From Gammaproteobacteria bacterium (lineage in GTDB: Bacteria; Pseudomonadota; Gammaproteobacteria; CAKMZV01): 64,000 nucleotides of DNA. The notes beneath the pieces are model-generated. The model saw only the letters and a list, made by a program, of their open reading frames with translations. It was not told the DNA's origin and made no database searches. The position numbers and the translations under genes are program-made. Positions 19,885-30,290 of the stretch are shown here, one piece after another. The stretch is from positions 1,544,550-1,608,549 of the forward strand of contig OZ255827.1 of assembly GCA_965277625.1 (NCBI GenBank), written 5' to 3'. The stretch's first letter is position 1; the number at the start of each line of letters is the position of its first letter.

Positions 19885-21447
19885 ATGAGCCAAAATCGCG
19901 TCATTGCCCTCATTCTGTTTATTGTCATTACTTTGGCATTAGTCTGGTGGCGTTGGGTTTATTTGTCCCCGCAGCAACTCGATTTAGTCACCGTTGTTGA
20001 AACAGACCAACCGGCTGTCGTCAGCCCCATGGATGAGGTTCTCAAAAAGCATATCAACTTGCTGACCCATACCCAGACTTTATTGCAGCAATTTAAACGC
20101 CCCAGTGAATCCATCACTTTAAAACCGCTGTGGATTGACCGTTGTGAGGTTACGCAAAGAGACTTTCGCCAATTTGCCACTTGGCGAGCGGCTCAGGTCA
20201 TTCCGCCAAATGCCCATCCAGCAACCCCCCAGCGATGGGCGTATAAAAGTCAATCAGAAAATCATCGCATACTCGGACAACTGAGCATGCCTGCAGGTGG
20301 ATTAAGTTATTTAGATGGTTGGGCGTATTGCCATGCTGCTGGCGGTCGCTTACCAAGCAGTCAGGAGTTTGAAGCAATCAGTGCAGGCAAGGAACAACGT
20401 TTATATCCTTGGGGCAATACACTGGTTGACGATGCTTGGCCCTATAAGGACCCTTCTTTGAACGTTGCCCAAGTGTGCGGTTCGCATCCAGCAACTGATA
20501 CACCCGAAGGCATCCATGATTTAGGCAACAATGTTTTAGAATGGACGACAAACAACGACCAAGCTGTGTTGATGGGTGGCAATGCCTACCATCGCCCTTT
20601 GGCATTAAATGCCATCAACCTTATCAGGCGTTCAGCACCTGTGGATTTTCGTTCGCAATACACAGGTTTTCGTTGCGTCTATGACCGAACCCAACAAGCC
20701 AATTTAGATTCGCTGCCTTTGCCGTGGGGGAGCCAGCCAAAAATTGCCAGTATAGATGCTTCAACATTGACAATCGGTCCACCCAAATCTGCTAAAATTC
20801 CCGCATTATTATTGCATTTAAAGGATGATCAACTCAAATCGATCCAAAACTTTTCCATCATCCCGACACGCTTAAATTTAAAAGTGATGCGTTATGAAGT
20901 CACGGTGGCATCGTACACTAAATTCTTACGCGACCCATTGGTGCGATTCGGTTTTTATAATCACCCACAACAACCCGTCAACATGGCCCATGATCCCGTC
21001 CGATGGGACACACAGCAACAAAATCCAAGTCATCCTGTGACCAACATCACGTGGTGGAATGCCTGGTCATTTGCCAAATGGGTGGGCGGGCGACTGCCAA
21101 CAGCCCCTGAATGGACGGCGCTTGCGGGCGCACATTCCACGCGTTTCCCCTATGGAAACCAATACCAACCCCTAGCCTCTGTGGACAGAAATCGCATAGA
21201 CAGCCAATGGCAATCCTTAGAAGTCATCGCCTCAAATGATGACAGCAAACACGCAATCAAAGGTTTTGCTGGTAATGTTGCCGAATGGACCAGCACATCG
21301 CTATTGCGCGGCAATGCTTTTACCTTGGTCATCAAGGGTGGCAGTTTCTTCATGCCTGAAGAAGGCGGAGAAATCGGTCAAAGTGGCGAAGCACCGCCAA
21401 ATTATAAAAATGCAGACTTGGGTTTCCGGGTGGTTTTTCCGAATTAG
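19885..21447 (+). CDS. Membrane-anchored tandem FGE-sulfatase (SUMF1/EgtB/GldK-like) domain protein
   Basis: Starts 3 nt after the upstream stop. N-terminal TM, then two FGE-like repeats (GGRLPSSQEFE...YPWGN...GNNVLEWT...GFRCVYD and GGRLPTAPEWT...GNVAEWT...GFRVVF). No paired catalytic cysteines seen near the C-terminus of either repeat. Confidence 0.7.
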   Translation: MSQNRVIALILFIVITLALVWWRWVYLSPQQLDLVTVVETDQPAVVSPMDEVLKKHINLLTHTQTLLQQFKRPSESITLKPLWIDRCEVTQRDFRQFATWRAAQVIPPNAHPATPQRWAYKSQSENHRILGQLSMPAGGLSYLDGWAYCHAAGGRLPSSQEFEAISAGKEQRLYPWGNTLVDDAWPYKDPSLNVAQVCGSHPATDTPEGIHDLGNNVLEWTTNNDQAVLMGGNAYHRPLALNAINLIRRSAPVDFRSQYTGFRCVYDRTQQANLDSLPLPWGSQPKIASIDASTLTIGPPKSAKIPALLLHLKDDQLKSIQNFSIIPTRLNLKVMRYEVTVASYTKFLRDPLVRFGFYNHPQQPVNMAHDPVRWDTQQQNPSHPVTNITWWNAWSFAKWVGGRLPTAPEWTALAGAHSTRFPYGNQYQPLASVDRNRIDSQWQSLEVIASNDDSKHAIKGFAGNVAEWTSTSLLRGNAFTLVIKGGSFFMPEEGGEIGQSGEAPPNYKNADLGFRVVFPN

Positions 21448-21577
21448 AATGGCCAATCAATTCGCACCACAAATCCGAGTAATATCTAAAATAATCTAAC
21501 GCTTGTTTAAGAATTTCAGTCCCTGATAAAGTAGAATGCCCCTTTATTATTAAATTTCCGCTACCGCATATAAAACC

Positions 21578-23041
21578 ATGACTATTTTTGAAAAAGCACT
21601 GACATTCGACGATGTCTTGCTTGTCCCCGCTTACTCCAACATACTGCCCAAATCAGTCAATTTAGAGTCTCATATTACGTCATCTATGCGCTTAAAGATC
21701 CCTTTATTATCTGCCGCCATGGACACAGTCACAGAGCACAAATTGGCCATTGCTTTGGCGCAGGAAGGCGGTATTGGTATCATCCACAAAAACCTTTCGA
21801 TCAAAGATCAAGCGCTTGAGGTGTCCAAAGTCAAAAAACATGAAAGTGGTATCATTCGCAATCCAATTACCATCACCACTGAGCAAACCATAGGCGATGC
21901 GCTACGCCTTAGCAAGCTTAATGGTATCTCTGCCATGCCAGTGGTGGAGGGTAAAAAATTAATTGGGATCGTTACAGGCCGAGACATGCGCTTTGCCACC
22001 CAATTGTCCGATTCAATCGAGACGGTAATGACCAGTCAACCAAACCTCATCACCATTCAAGAAAAAGCGGTTCAACGCGACACAGTGGTCGGGTTACTCC
22101 ATAAACACCGTATTGAGCGCCTTCTTGTGGTCAACGAATCGCACGAGCTTCAAGGGATGGTCACCGTTCGTGACATTGAAAAGTCATCGACTTATCCCCA
22201 AGCCAGTAAGGATGAACACCAACGATTATTGGTTGGTGCGGCGGTTGGTACTGGGCAGGACATCAATAAACGCGTTGAAGCCCTCATTGAAGCCCATGTC
22301 GATGTTCTGGTCGTTGACACAGCACACGGCCATTCCCAAGGCGTGATTAACAAAGTACGTTGGATCAAAACCCATTATCCCCATACCCAAGTCATTGCTG
22401 GTAACATCGCGACCCAAGAGGCAGCACTGGCATTGCAAGAAGCCGGTGCAGATGCGGTCAAAGTTGGCATCGGTCCTGGCTCAATTTGCACCACCCGCAT
22501 CATTGCAGGCATTGGCGTCCCACAAGTGACCGCCATTTTGGATGTGGTTCAAGCCCTAAAAGACTCGCCTGTAAAAGTCATTGCTGATGGTGGCATGCGC
22601 TTTTCAGGGGACATTGCCAAAGCATTGGCTTGTGGTGCGGATGCGGTCATGATGGGCAGTATTTTTGCTGGCACCGATGAAGCGCCAGGCGAAATTGAAT
22701 ATTATCAAGGCCGTGCCTATAAATCATATAGAGGTATGGGCTCTCTGGGCGCTATGCGTGAGCAACATGGCTCAAGTGATCGCTATTTTCAAGCTGAAAT
22801 CGAAGCCGATAAATACGTTCCCGAAGGCATTGAAGGTCGAGTGCCTTATAAAGGCGCCATCAGCCCCATCATTCATCAGCTGGCAGGTGGACTGCGCTCT
22901 AGTATGGGTTACTGCGGTGCTAAAGATCTAAGGACATTTAACAAGAACGCTAAGTTTATAACCGTCACCCATGCTGGCATGACCGAAAGTCACATCCATG
23001 ATGTTTCAATTACCAAGCAAGCTCCTAATTACCGCATTTAG
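21578..23041 (+). CDS. guaB: IMP dehydrogenase
   Basis: 487 aa with CBS pair and the catalytic [11 protein letters not shown] loop. Confidence 0.95.
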   Translation: MTIFEKALTFDDVLLVPAYSNILPKSVNLESHITSSMRLKIPLLSAAMDTVTEHKLAIALAQEGGIGIIHKNLSIKDQALEVSKVKKHESGIIRNPITITTEQTIGDALRLSKLNGISAMPVVEGKKLIGIVTGRDMRFATQLSDSIETVMTSQPNLITIQEKAVQRDTVVGLLHKHRIERLLVVNESHELQGMVTVRDIEKSSTYPQASKDEHQRLLVGAAVGTGQDINKRVEALIEAHVDVLVVDTAHGHSQGVINKVRWIKTHYPHTQVIAGNIATQEAALALQEAGADAVKVGIGPGSICTTRIIAGIGVPQVTAILDVVQALKDSPVKVIADGGMRFSGDIAKALACGADAVMMGSIFAGTDEAPGEIEYYQGRAYKSYRGMGSLGAMREQHGSSDRYFQAEIEADKYVPEGIEGRVPYKGAISPIIHQLAGGLRSSMGYCGAKDLRTFNKNAKFITVTHAGMTESHIHDVSITKQAPNYRI

Positions 23042-23091
23042 GGACTGATTTTGTTGAATTTGTTGCGCACATCACGTTCATCATTGTATTT

Positions 23092-24663
23092 ATGAGTGAA
23101 CCTCACAAAATACTCATTTTAGATTTTGGGTCGCAATTTACCCAACTCATCGCTCGACGCATTCGAGAAATTGGCACCTATTGCGAAATTTATGCCTGCG
23201 ATACAAACATCAAAGCCATCAAAGCATTTCGCCCAAAAGGTATCATTCTCTCAGGTGGGCCCAATTCAACTTATGCTGAGAACGCCCCTCAGGCAACAGC
23301 GGAACTATTTGAGCTTAACATCCCCATTCTTGGCATCTGCTATGGCATGCAATGGATCGCGCAGCATTTTGGCGGCACTGTTCAAAAGAGTGCCAAGCAC
23401 GAATACGGATATGCCCAAGTAAGAGCGCATGGACACACGCCTCTGTTGAATGACATACAAGACAACATTAATGAGCTGGGGCATGGATTATTAGATGTTT
23501 GGATGAGCCACGGCGATCAAGTGAGCACTCTACCAGAATCCTTTATCCGCATGAACTCTACGCCCAACTGCCCTATTGCAGGTATGGCAAATGTCGCTGC
23601 CCAAATTTATGCCATTCAATTCCACCCAGAGGTCACCCACACCACTCAAGGACAAGCCATCTTAAGCCGATTTGTATCAGGCATATGTCAGTGCGACAAT
23701 CAATGGGTTGCCAATAATATCATTGATGAAGCCGTGGCTTCAATTCAACAACAAGTGGGTCAAGCAGGCAATGTTTTGTTGGCCTTATCTGGTGGGGTTG
23801 ATTCTTCTGTCTGCGCATTACTACTCCATCGCGCCATTGGCAATCGTTTACACTGTGTTTTTGTCGATAATGGCTTATTACGACTGAATGAAGGCGATGA
23901 AGTCATGGCGCTTTTTTCGGATAAATTAGGACTAAACGTCCTAAGAATCAATGCCCAAGACCAATTTTTTAGAGCGTTGAAGGACGTTGACGAACCCGAG
24001 GAAAAACGTAAAATCATCGGCAATCAATTCATTAAAGTGTTTGAACAACAAGCTGCAATACGACCCAATATAGACTGGCTAGCACAAGGCACGATTTATC
24101 CTGATGTCATTGAGTCCGCCGCCGCCAAACATGGCAAAGCCAAGGTCATTAAATCACACCACAATGTGGGCGGATTACCCAGCACCATGAAACTTAAACT
24201 GATTGAGCCATTGCGAGCCTTATTCAAAGACGAAGTTCGCAAAATTGGTTTAATGCTGGGTTTGAACACCCAGCTGCTCCATCGTCACCCCTTCCCAGGT
24301 CCAGGTTTGGGCGTCCGTATTTTGGGACAAGTGACCGAGGAATATGCCCGCATTCTGCGCCAAGGGGATGCCATTTTCATTGAGGAATTGCGCCGTGCAG
24401 ATTGGTACGATAAAGTTTCACAAGCCTTTGTGGTATTCCTTCCGGTCAAAACCGTAGGCGTGGTCGGTGATGCACGTCGTTACGGATATGTATTAGCATT
24501 GCGCGCCGTTCAAACCCCCGATTTCATGACGGCCAAGTGGGCAGACTTACCAACCACAATGCTCAGCACCGTGTCGAACCGCATCATTAACGAAGTGCCC
24601 GAGATTTCACGTGTGGTTTACGACATCTCTGGCAAACCACCTGCCACCATTGAATGGGAATAG
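23092..24663 (+). CDS. guaA: GMP synthase (glutamine-hydrolysing)
   Basis: 523 aa. GATase (GICYGMQ) plus ATP-PPase SGGVDSSV P-loop. Confidence 0.95.
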   Translation: MSEPHKILILDFGSQFTQLIARRIREIGTYCEIYACDTNIKAIKAFRPKGIILSGGPNSTYAENAPQATAELFELNIPILGICYGMQWIAQHFGGTVQKSAKHEYGYAQVRAHGHTPLLNDIQDNINELGHGLLDVWMSHGDQVSTLPESFIRMNSTPNCPIAGMANVAAQIYAIQFHPEVTHTTQGQAILSRFVSGICQCDNQWVANNIIDEAVASIQQQVGQAGNVLLALSGGVDSSVCALLLHRAIGNRLHCVFVDNGLLRLNEGDEVMALFSDKLGLNVLRINAQDQFFRALKDVDEPEEKRKIIGNQFIKVFEQQAAIRPNIDWLAQGTIYPDVIESAAAKHGKAKVIKSHHNVGGLPSTMKLKLIEPLRALFKDEVRKIGLMLGLNTQLLHRHPFPGPGLGVRILGQVTEEYARILRQGDAIFIEELRRADWYDKVSQAFVVFLPVKTVGVVGDARRYGYVLALRAVQTPDFMTAKWADLPTTMLSTVSNRIINEVPEISRVVYDISGKPPATIEWE

Positions 24664-25062
24664 TCAAATAATTGTAAGTACCTGATATATAAAGAATTGA
24701 GCGATTTAAATCGGTTAAAAATGCTCATTTAAAATTGTGGTTTTAACTTGTATTTCGTCTATAATATTAGATTGTAGGAAACATTAACATTTCAGTGGCT
24801 ATAACTTACTTTTTATCTTTAGTCTCTCAAGGCGTAATAAGGAATCACAGCAACTATTTCCGAAAATGGAAACAAGCATGCAAGTAAATTTGCCCAGATT
24901 TTTTCGTTTGAATCACATGCTGAAATGAAAATGAAATTTAATCGAGCGTAAATAGTTGAATAATGAACGAATGATCCATTAAATAAAATAAACGTCCATC
25001 TAAAGCCTTTGCATTAAAGCTGGAATGCGAAAAGGTGCGAAGATAAAAAGTAGGAAAAAACA

Positions 25063-25341
25063 GTGAATATTGAACAAGCTAAAAAAATCATTATCCAAGC
25101 CATTTCAGAGACACTCCAAGGTAAGGCTGAAGTGACTGAAGAAATGCAGCTGATTGGTGGTGAATCCTTACTTGACTCTATGAAGTTAGTCGAAGTATGT
25201 CTTTTATTGGAAGACTTGGCTGACGACCATGGATTTGAGTTTGATTGGACTTCAGAAGCTGCCATGTCAAAATCTCGCAGTATGTTCCGCAGCGTTGCCA
25301 CGCTCGCTGAAGAATTCGCTCATCAATCAGTGTCATCATGA
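25063..25341 (+). CDS. Acyl carrier protein-like
   Basis: 92 aa. GGESLLDSMKLVE phosphopantetheine-site-like motif. GTG start after AGGAAA. Confidence 0.6.
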   Translation: MNIEQAKKIIIQAISETLQGKAEVTEEMQLIGGESLLDSMKLVEVCLLLEDLADDHGFEFDWTSEAAMSKSRSMFRSVATLAEEFAHQSVSS

Positions 25342-26015
25342 TCATTGTGACTGGCGCCAGTCGAGGGCTGGGTAAGGCAATTTCTGAACGCCTAGTTGAT
25401 AATGGTGAGAAAGTTATTGGTATAGCGAGATCGATTGAAGATGTTGAATTTGAAGCCGTACAATGTGATGTCAGTTGCTACGTATCAGTAAAGAATGCTG
25501 TGCGTAAGGTAAAGCAGATGAATACGCCAGTAAAGGCATTCATAAATGCGGCCGGTGTAGCCTCAATGAATTTGGCTTTGACCACTGATGAATCAACCGT
25601 TCAGAAACTCATTCAAACAAACCTGGTTGGAACAATCTATTGCTGTCAATTATTTGCCCCACTAATGTTGCGACAAAAACAGGGATGTTTTATTAATTTT
25701 TCCACGATTGCTGTTGCGCTTGCCCTAAAAGGTGAATCTGTTTACGCGGCATCTAAAGCAGGGGTTGAAGTCTTTTCGCGCACCTTTGCACGAGAAGTGG
25801 CAGATTTTAATGTTCGTGTAAATTGTATCGCGCCAGGGCCGATCCGAACTGACTTACTGAGGGGTATTACAGACGCACAGATTGATAAAATCACATCTCA
25901 ACAAGTTATGCCTAAACAATTCCAAAAGTCAGATGTGTGCGACCTTGTGGAACTATTACTTGATGAGAAAGCATCTTCATTGAGTGGGCAGGTGCTCAAT
26001 GTTGGTGGCGTTTAA
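25338..26015 (+). CDS. SDR family oxidoreductase (FabG-like 3-oxoacyl-ACP reductase candidate)
   Basis: 225 aa. TGASRGLG, NAAG and YAASK catalytic motifs. Confidence 0.8.
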   Translation: MIIVTGASRGLGKAISERLVDNGEKVIGIARSIEDVEFEAVQCDVSCYVSVKNAVRKVKQMNTPVKAFINAAGVASMNLALTTDESTVQKLIQTNLVGTIYCCQLFAPLMLRQKQGCFINFSTIAVALALKGESVYAASKAGVEVFSRTFAREVADFNVRVNCIAPGPIRTDLLRGITDAQIDKITSQQVMPKQFQKSDVCDLVELLLDEKASSLSGQVLNVGGV

Positions 26016-27310
26016 TGGACATTTTAGAACAGTTAAAAGAACGCTGGAAGGGTATTGATTACCCTTTTTTGGTGCACGCCACAGGTGAGTTACGTTTTAA
26101 TGAAATAACGGCGCTAGACTCAGTCGATCTCTCTGAAGTAAAAAGTGGCGATGTTGTGGCACTAATTGGTGATTTCGATCCCCAATCCATACTAACACTA
26201 TTGCAACTCATTGACAAAAACGTCATCCTCGTCCCATTAACGACTGATACTAAATCGCAACACTCATACTTTTTTGATGCGGCATTGATAGACGTTGTGA
26301 TTGAAGGTGACTCTGTACAGCGATTAAACCATCATCGGAAACATCCATTCATTGAGCAACTGAGAGCGCAACAACATGGGGGATTAGTTCTATTTTCAAC
26401 TGGAACAACGGGTCGTCCTAAAGCGATTTTACATGACTTAACTTTATTCATGCAAAGATTCGAAACGGTTCGCCCAACGCTGAAAACAATCAATTTTTTG
26501 CTTTTTGATCACATTGGTGGTTTAAATACTTTGCTTCACACACTGTTTAACAAAGGCACTGTGGTCGCACCCAAGTCCCGTCGTGTTGAAGATATCTTAA
26601 CAACGTGTGCAGAACATAACATAGAAGTGCTACCAACGACACCAACATTTCTTCGAATGATGCTAATGAGTGGGCTCATACCAAATAATTTCCCCAAATC
26701 TCTACGCATCATTAGCTATGGAACTGAGCGAATGGATCAGCCCACATTAGATGCCCTTTGTGAATTATTACCGAATGTCGATTTTAGACAAACCTTTGGT
26801 ATGTCTGAGTTGGGTATTGTTCGTGTAAAAAGTGAATCTCGCAGCAGTTTGTTTATGCAAATTGGAGGTGAGGGCGTGGAGACGAGGGTCGTTGATCAGG
26901 TATTAGAAATACGTTCTCAAACTAGAATGCTGGGTTATCTAAATGCTGATAGTCCTTTTGATGAAACAGGTTGGTATAACACAAAAGACATTGTGGAAGT
27001 GCGTGATGGATTCTACAAAGTGACCGGTCGAACTACAGAGGTCATCAATGTTGGTGGGCTTAAGTTTATGGCCTCTGAGGTTGAAAGAATCGCACTACAA
27101 TTCAAAGGGGTAGAATTGGCCAAAGCGGAAGGCAAACCAAATCCAATAACAGGGCAGCATGTTGAACTCATTGTGCAATCGGCGCCAAATGCTGAGGTGG
27201 ATAAGAACGCGTTAAAGGATTACTTAAGTGCGCAATTACCAATGCACATGTTACCAAAACGCCTAAGAGTGTCCCAAGTGGCGGTTGGCCATCGGTTTAA
27301 AAGGCAATAA
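26015..27310 (+). CDS. ANL-superfamily adenylate-forming enzyme (PaaK/LuxE-like acyl-CoA or acyl-ACP ligase)
   Basis: 431 aa. FSTGTTGRPKAILH AMP-binding P-loop. The size fits the short PaaK/F390-synthetase-type ligases. Confidence 0.65.
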   Translation: MDILEQLKERWKGIDYPFLVHATGELRFNEITALDSVDLSEVKSGDVVALIGDFDPQSILTLLQLIDKNVILVPLTTDTKSQHSYFFDAALIDVVIEGDSVQRLNHHRKHPFIEQLRAQQHGGLVLFSTGTTGRPKAILHDLTLFMQRFETVRPTLKTINFLLFDHIGGLNTLLHTLFNKGTVVAPKSRRVEDILTTCAEHNIEVLPTTPTFLRMMLMSGLIPNNFPKSLRIISYGTERMDQPTLDALCELLPNVDFRQTFGMSELGIVRVKSESRSSLFMQIGGEGVETRVVDQVLEIRSQTRMLGYLNADSPFDETGWYNTKDIVEVRDGFYKVTGRTTEVINVGGLKFMASEVERIALQFKGVELAKAEGKPNPITGQHVELIVQSAPNAEVDKNALKDYLSAQLPMHMLPKRLRVSQVAVGHRFKRQ

Positions 27311-27312
27311 AT

Positions 27313-28269
27313 ATGAAAATAAAAGATCATTTTTTAATACTCCCATCGACCAGTCTCGATGTTAGCCAAATACTCATTGATTCAGGGGCCAGCAGCGAAG
27401 ATGCTTTGAAAACAATAGGCATAACGGGCATCTCGAGTATTCGTTACGCCCATCCAAAGTTGTTGACAGAGTTTGTTTTTGATGGTTTGACAATGATTGA
27501 TAAAAACCACGATCAAATCTTCGCAAATGTTGATGCAATAATTGTTGTGTCGCAGTCATACGATCAAAGAATTCCTTCTATAAGTACTCGAATTCAAAGC
27601 AAGTTTCATATTCGCTCAGATGCGTTCTGTATCGATGTTATGGATGGCTGCTCTGGTTACATCAAAGCACTCAGTTTGGCGTCAATGTTAGAACAAAGCG
27701 GCTTTAAAAAAATTCTTATCATCGCTGGCGATTTAAATTCCATGATGACTGCTAAAGCGGACACTGGGACTAAAATTCTATTTGGCGACGGCATTTCAAT
27801 TTCCATCCTTGAAGCCGATGAATCGGAATTGGATACACGAATTTATAATAACGGGGACCAAGATAGTGTCATTTCATGTTCGACCAGCGAAAATTTGATG
27901 ACCATGAATGGTTTTGAAGTGTTTAGATTTACGCGGAATGTGGTGCCTTCAATGATCAACTCGTACCTCAATGATTGCGGGCAATCGCTAGAAAATTATG
28001 AGCTTGTCGCCCTTCATCAAGCCAGTAAACTTGTTGTATCATCTATATGTGCTTCGCTTAAATATAAAAACACTTTATGCGACGATTATTCTTGTGGAAC
28101 CATCGGAAATCTCGGCGCTGGCAGTATTGGCGCTTGGTTATCTGAAATTAAGGATCTTGATAAAAAAGGCCCTTTGAAAATGTTAGCGGTTGGGTTTGGT
28201 TCAGGTCTTTCGTGGGGGTTAGCGTCTGCTATAATTGATATTCAAAGAAATGAGGTGATCTATGTCTAA
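27313..28269 (+). CDS. 3-oxoacyl-ACP synthase III (FabH-like)
   Basis: 318 aa. Cys-His-Asn triad contexts (DVMDGCSGYIKAL; ALHQASK; IGNLGAGSIG) in the FabH order. Confidence 0.7.
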   Translation: MKIKDHFLILPSTSLDVSQILIDSGASSEDALKTIGITGISSIRYAHPKLLTEFVFDGLTMIDKNHDQIFANVDAIIVVSQSYDQRIPSISTRIQSKFHIRSDAFCIDVMDGCSGYIKALSLASMLEQSGFKKILIIAGDLNSMMTAKADTGTKILFGDGISISILEADESELDTRIYNNGDQDSVISCSTSENLMTMNGFEVFRFTRNVVPSMINSYLNDCGQSLENYELVALHQASKLVVSSICASLKYKNTLCDDYSCGTIGNLGAGSIGAWLSEIKDLDKKGPLKMLAVGFGSGLSWGLASAIIDIQRNEVIYV

Positions 28270-28492
28270 AGTAAGTTTTAAGGATTTTTCAAGTAGTTTT
28301 GCAGAGGAGCTTAACATCGATCGTGCGCTTGATCCTACAACCCAATTAAAGGACTTAACTGAATTCGACAGTGCTGGTAAAATTTATATAAGCCTCATCA
28401 TTGAAGAGCTTTTTGGCTTCCAGATAGAGCATAAAATACTCAATGAGTGCGAGTCTTTAAAAGATCTATATGACTACTGCTGCAAGCAATAA
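28262..28492 (+). CDS. Acyl carrier protein-like (second)
   Basis: 76 aa. LTEFDSAGKIYISLIIEELF with a DS motif in helix II. Confidence 0.5.
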   Translation: MSKVSFKDFSSSFAEELNIDRALDPTTQLKDLTEFDSAGKIYISLIIEELFGFQIEHKILNECESLKDLYDYCCKQ

Positions 28493-28504
28493 TATGGTGC
28501 GTAT

Positions 28505-29035
28505 ATGATTCAAGCATCCCTGAGAAGTATTGCGCTTGATGATATACAACTTTTGCGCTTTTGGAGAAATCTTGATCATGTAAGGCGTCAAATGATTTTG
28601 ACGAGATACATTGACAGAAATGAGCAACGTCATTGGTTTGAGACATCAAATGAAAACTTGGTGCGCTATTTCATTTACTCACTCGATACGCATGATGTGG
28701 GATGTGCCAATCTTCTCAATATAAATCAAACCGAGAAATCATTTGAAGGTGGTATTTTTTGTGGCGATACCACTTACCTAAATCACTGGGTCAATATTTG
28801 GGCTTGTATTAAGATTTACGACTACGGCTTTTTTGAGCTTGGTTTGGAGAAATCATTCGCTAAAGTATTGAAGGATAATTTACCGGCATTAAAATTAAAT
28901 AAGTCTTTGGGCTATCAATTTATCAAAGATATTGATCAAAACATCGGCTGGTATGTATTGACCCGAGATGATTACATTCAATCAACAGTGAAAATAAAAC
29001 GATACTTACGCGAATTCGCAAAACAAACTTTGTGA
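28505..29035 (+). CDS. GNAT family N-acyltransferase (PseH-like)
   Basis: 176 aa. N-terminal LRFWRNLDHVRRQM resembles PseH FKWRNHPDINQFM, within a GNAT-like fold pattern. Confidence 0.5.
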   Translation: MIQASLRSIALDDIQLLRFWRNLDHVRRQMILTRYIDRNEQRHWFETSNENLVRYFIYSLDTHDVGCANLLNINQTEKSFEGGIFCGDTTYLNHWVNIWACIKIYDYGFFELGLEKSFAKVLKDNLPALKLNKSLGYQFIKDIDQNIGWYVLTRDDYIQSTVKIKRYLREFAKQTL

Positions 29036-29396
29036 TTAGCTTTTATGTATGATGCGACATTATTTTGCCCTATGATGGACTGAATGGTCGATTGAATAAC
29101 CACTTAAGAAAACGTCGTCGTTTTGACATTCAGTATGCATCAAAGCATTCATTTCAAGGCGTCTTGGCCGATAATTGGGTCATACGAGATGACGCGTGCG
29201 ATAAAGATACTTCGTACAGTAATAATCGCTTTTTAAATCTTTTTCTTTATGGGTCGATTTTAATTCCCTTCTTTTATAAATAAATCTGGGAAAAGCAATG
29301 AATTCATGAACAAGATTGCATTGTTATTTTCCCGTCATTCAAGGATAATGAGCCCGTACTATAGGTACATATACTTACCATTACAATTATTTAGCC

Positions 29397-29864
29397 ATGC
29401 AACACCACCAATCGCTTGTTTTAAATCAGCAACTGCCCAAAGGCAGCCGAGTTGGCATTGTTTGGTCGCGTTTTAATGAAGCATTAACATCGTCTTTAAA
29501 AGACCACGCACTCAGGACGCTCATCGAAGCAGGTGCTGAGGCAGATTCAGTCATCATTCAAGCGGTTCCTGGTTCAGCAGAATTGCCCCTGTCTTGTCAA
29601 AAATTGCTTAAAAACCATGATTTAGATGGGGTTATTGCCATAGGCGTGGTGATAAAAGGAGAAACGCTGCATTTTGAATATGTTTGTAACATGACCGCCT
29701 ATGGCATTATGCAAGTGCAATTAGCCTGTGAAAAACCCATTGCTTTTTGTGTCCTCACCACCCAATCTTACGAGCAAGCCTTAGCAAGAGCTGGGACGCA
29801 TAACAATAAGGGAGAAGAAGCAGCCATAACGTTGGTTGAATTGCTACAACCCACTGCCTCATAA
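29397..29864 (+). CDS. ribH: 6,7-dimethyl-8-ribityllumazine synthase
   Basis: 155 aa. VGIVWSRFN...VPGSAELP...IAIGVVIKGETLHFEYV. Confidence 0.9.
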   Translation: MQHHQSLVLNQQLPKGSRVGIVWSRFNEALTSSLKDHALRTLIEAGAEADSVIIQAVPGSAELPLSCQKLLKNHDLDGVIAIGVVIKGETLHFEYVCNMTAYGIMQVQLACEKPIAFCVLTTQSYEQALARAGTHNNKGEEAAITLVELLQPTAS

Positions 29865-29870
29865 TTTCAT

Positions 29871-30290
29871 ATGTCTGAAAGCACCTCTCGGTTTTTATCA
29901 CGACAAAGAATCGTTCAAGCGCTGTACCAATGGGAGATCAGCCAAGACAGCATTCAATCAATTTCTGCGCAATTCACCACCGATTTTGATCGAATGAACG
30001 GTGCTGACAAAGTTTTTTTTACCCAGAGATTGCATGCCATTCATCGATTGATTGAAAACATTGATGAAAAAATCAACGGCAAATTAGCGCGAACCAAGTA
30101 TCACCTCAGTGAAATAGATTACGCCACCTTACGCTTAGCAACCTATGAGCTTCTTTATACAACAGATGTGCCCAAGAACGTTGCCATAGATCAAGCCATA
30201 GAAGTCACCAGAGTATTTGGCAGCTTAGAAAATACAGGATTTATCAACGCCATGCTTGAGAGCATCATTCAAACTCATGATCACCCTTAA
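29871..30290 (+). CDS. nusB: Transcription antitermination factor NusB
   Basis: 139 aa. NusB fold pattern, immediately after ribH as usual. Confidence 0.9.
   Translation: MSESTSRFLSRQRIVQALYQWEISQDSIQSISAQFTTDFDRMNGADKVFFTQRLHAIHRLIENIDEKINGKLARTKYHLSEIDYATLRLATYELLYTTDVPKNVAIDQAIEVTRVFGSLENTGFINAMLESIIQTHDHP

Noticed and set aside
19761-20000. 79-aa ORF and the longer 19798 start for the FGE-like gene
   Set aside because: Both overlap the end of the preceding ExbD-like gene. The ATG at 19885, 3 nt after the upstream stop, begins with a clean TM helix.
29065-29283. 72-aa ORF in the gap between the GNAT gene and ribH
   Set aside because: No motif or family recognised, odd composition, and it lies in a region that reads like promoter DNA for ribH.
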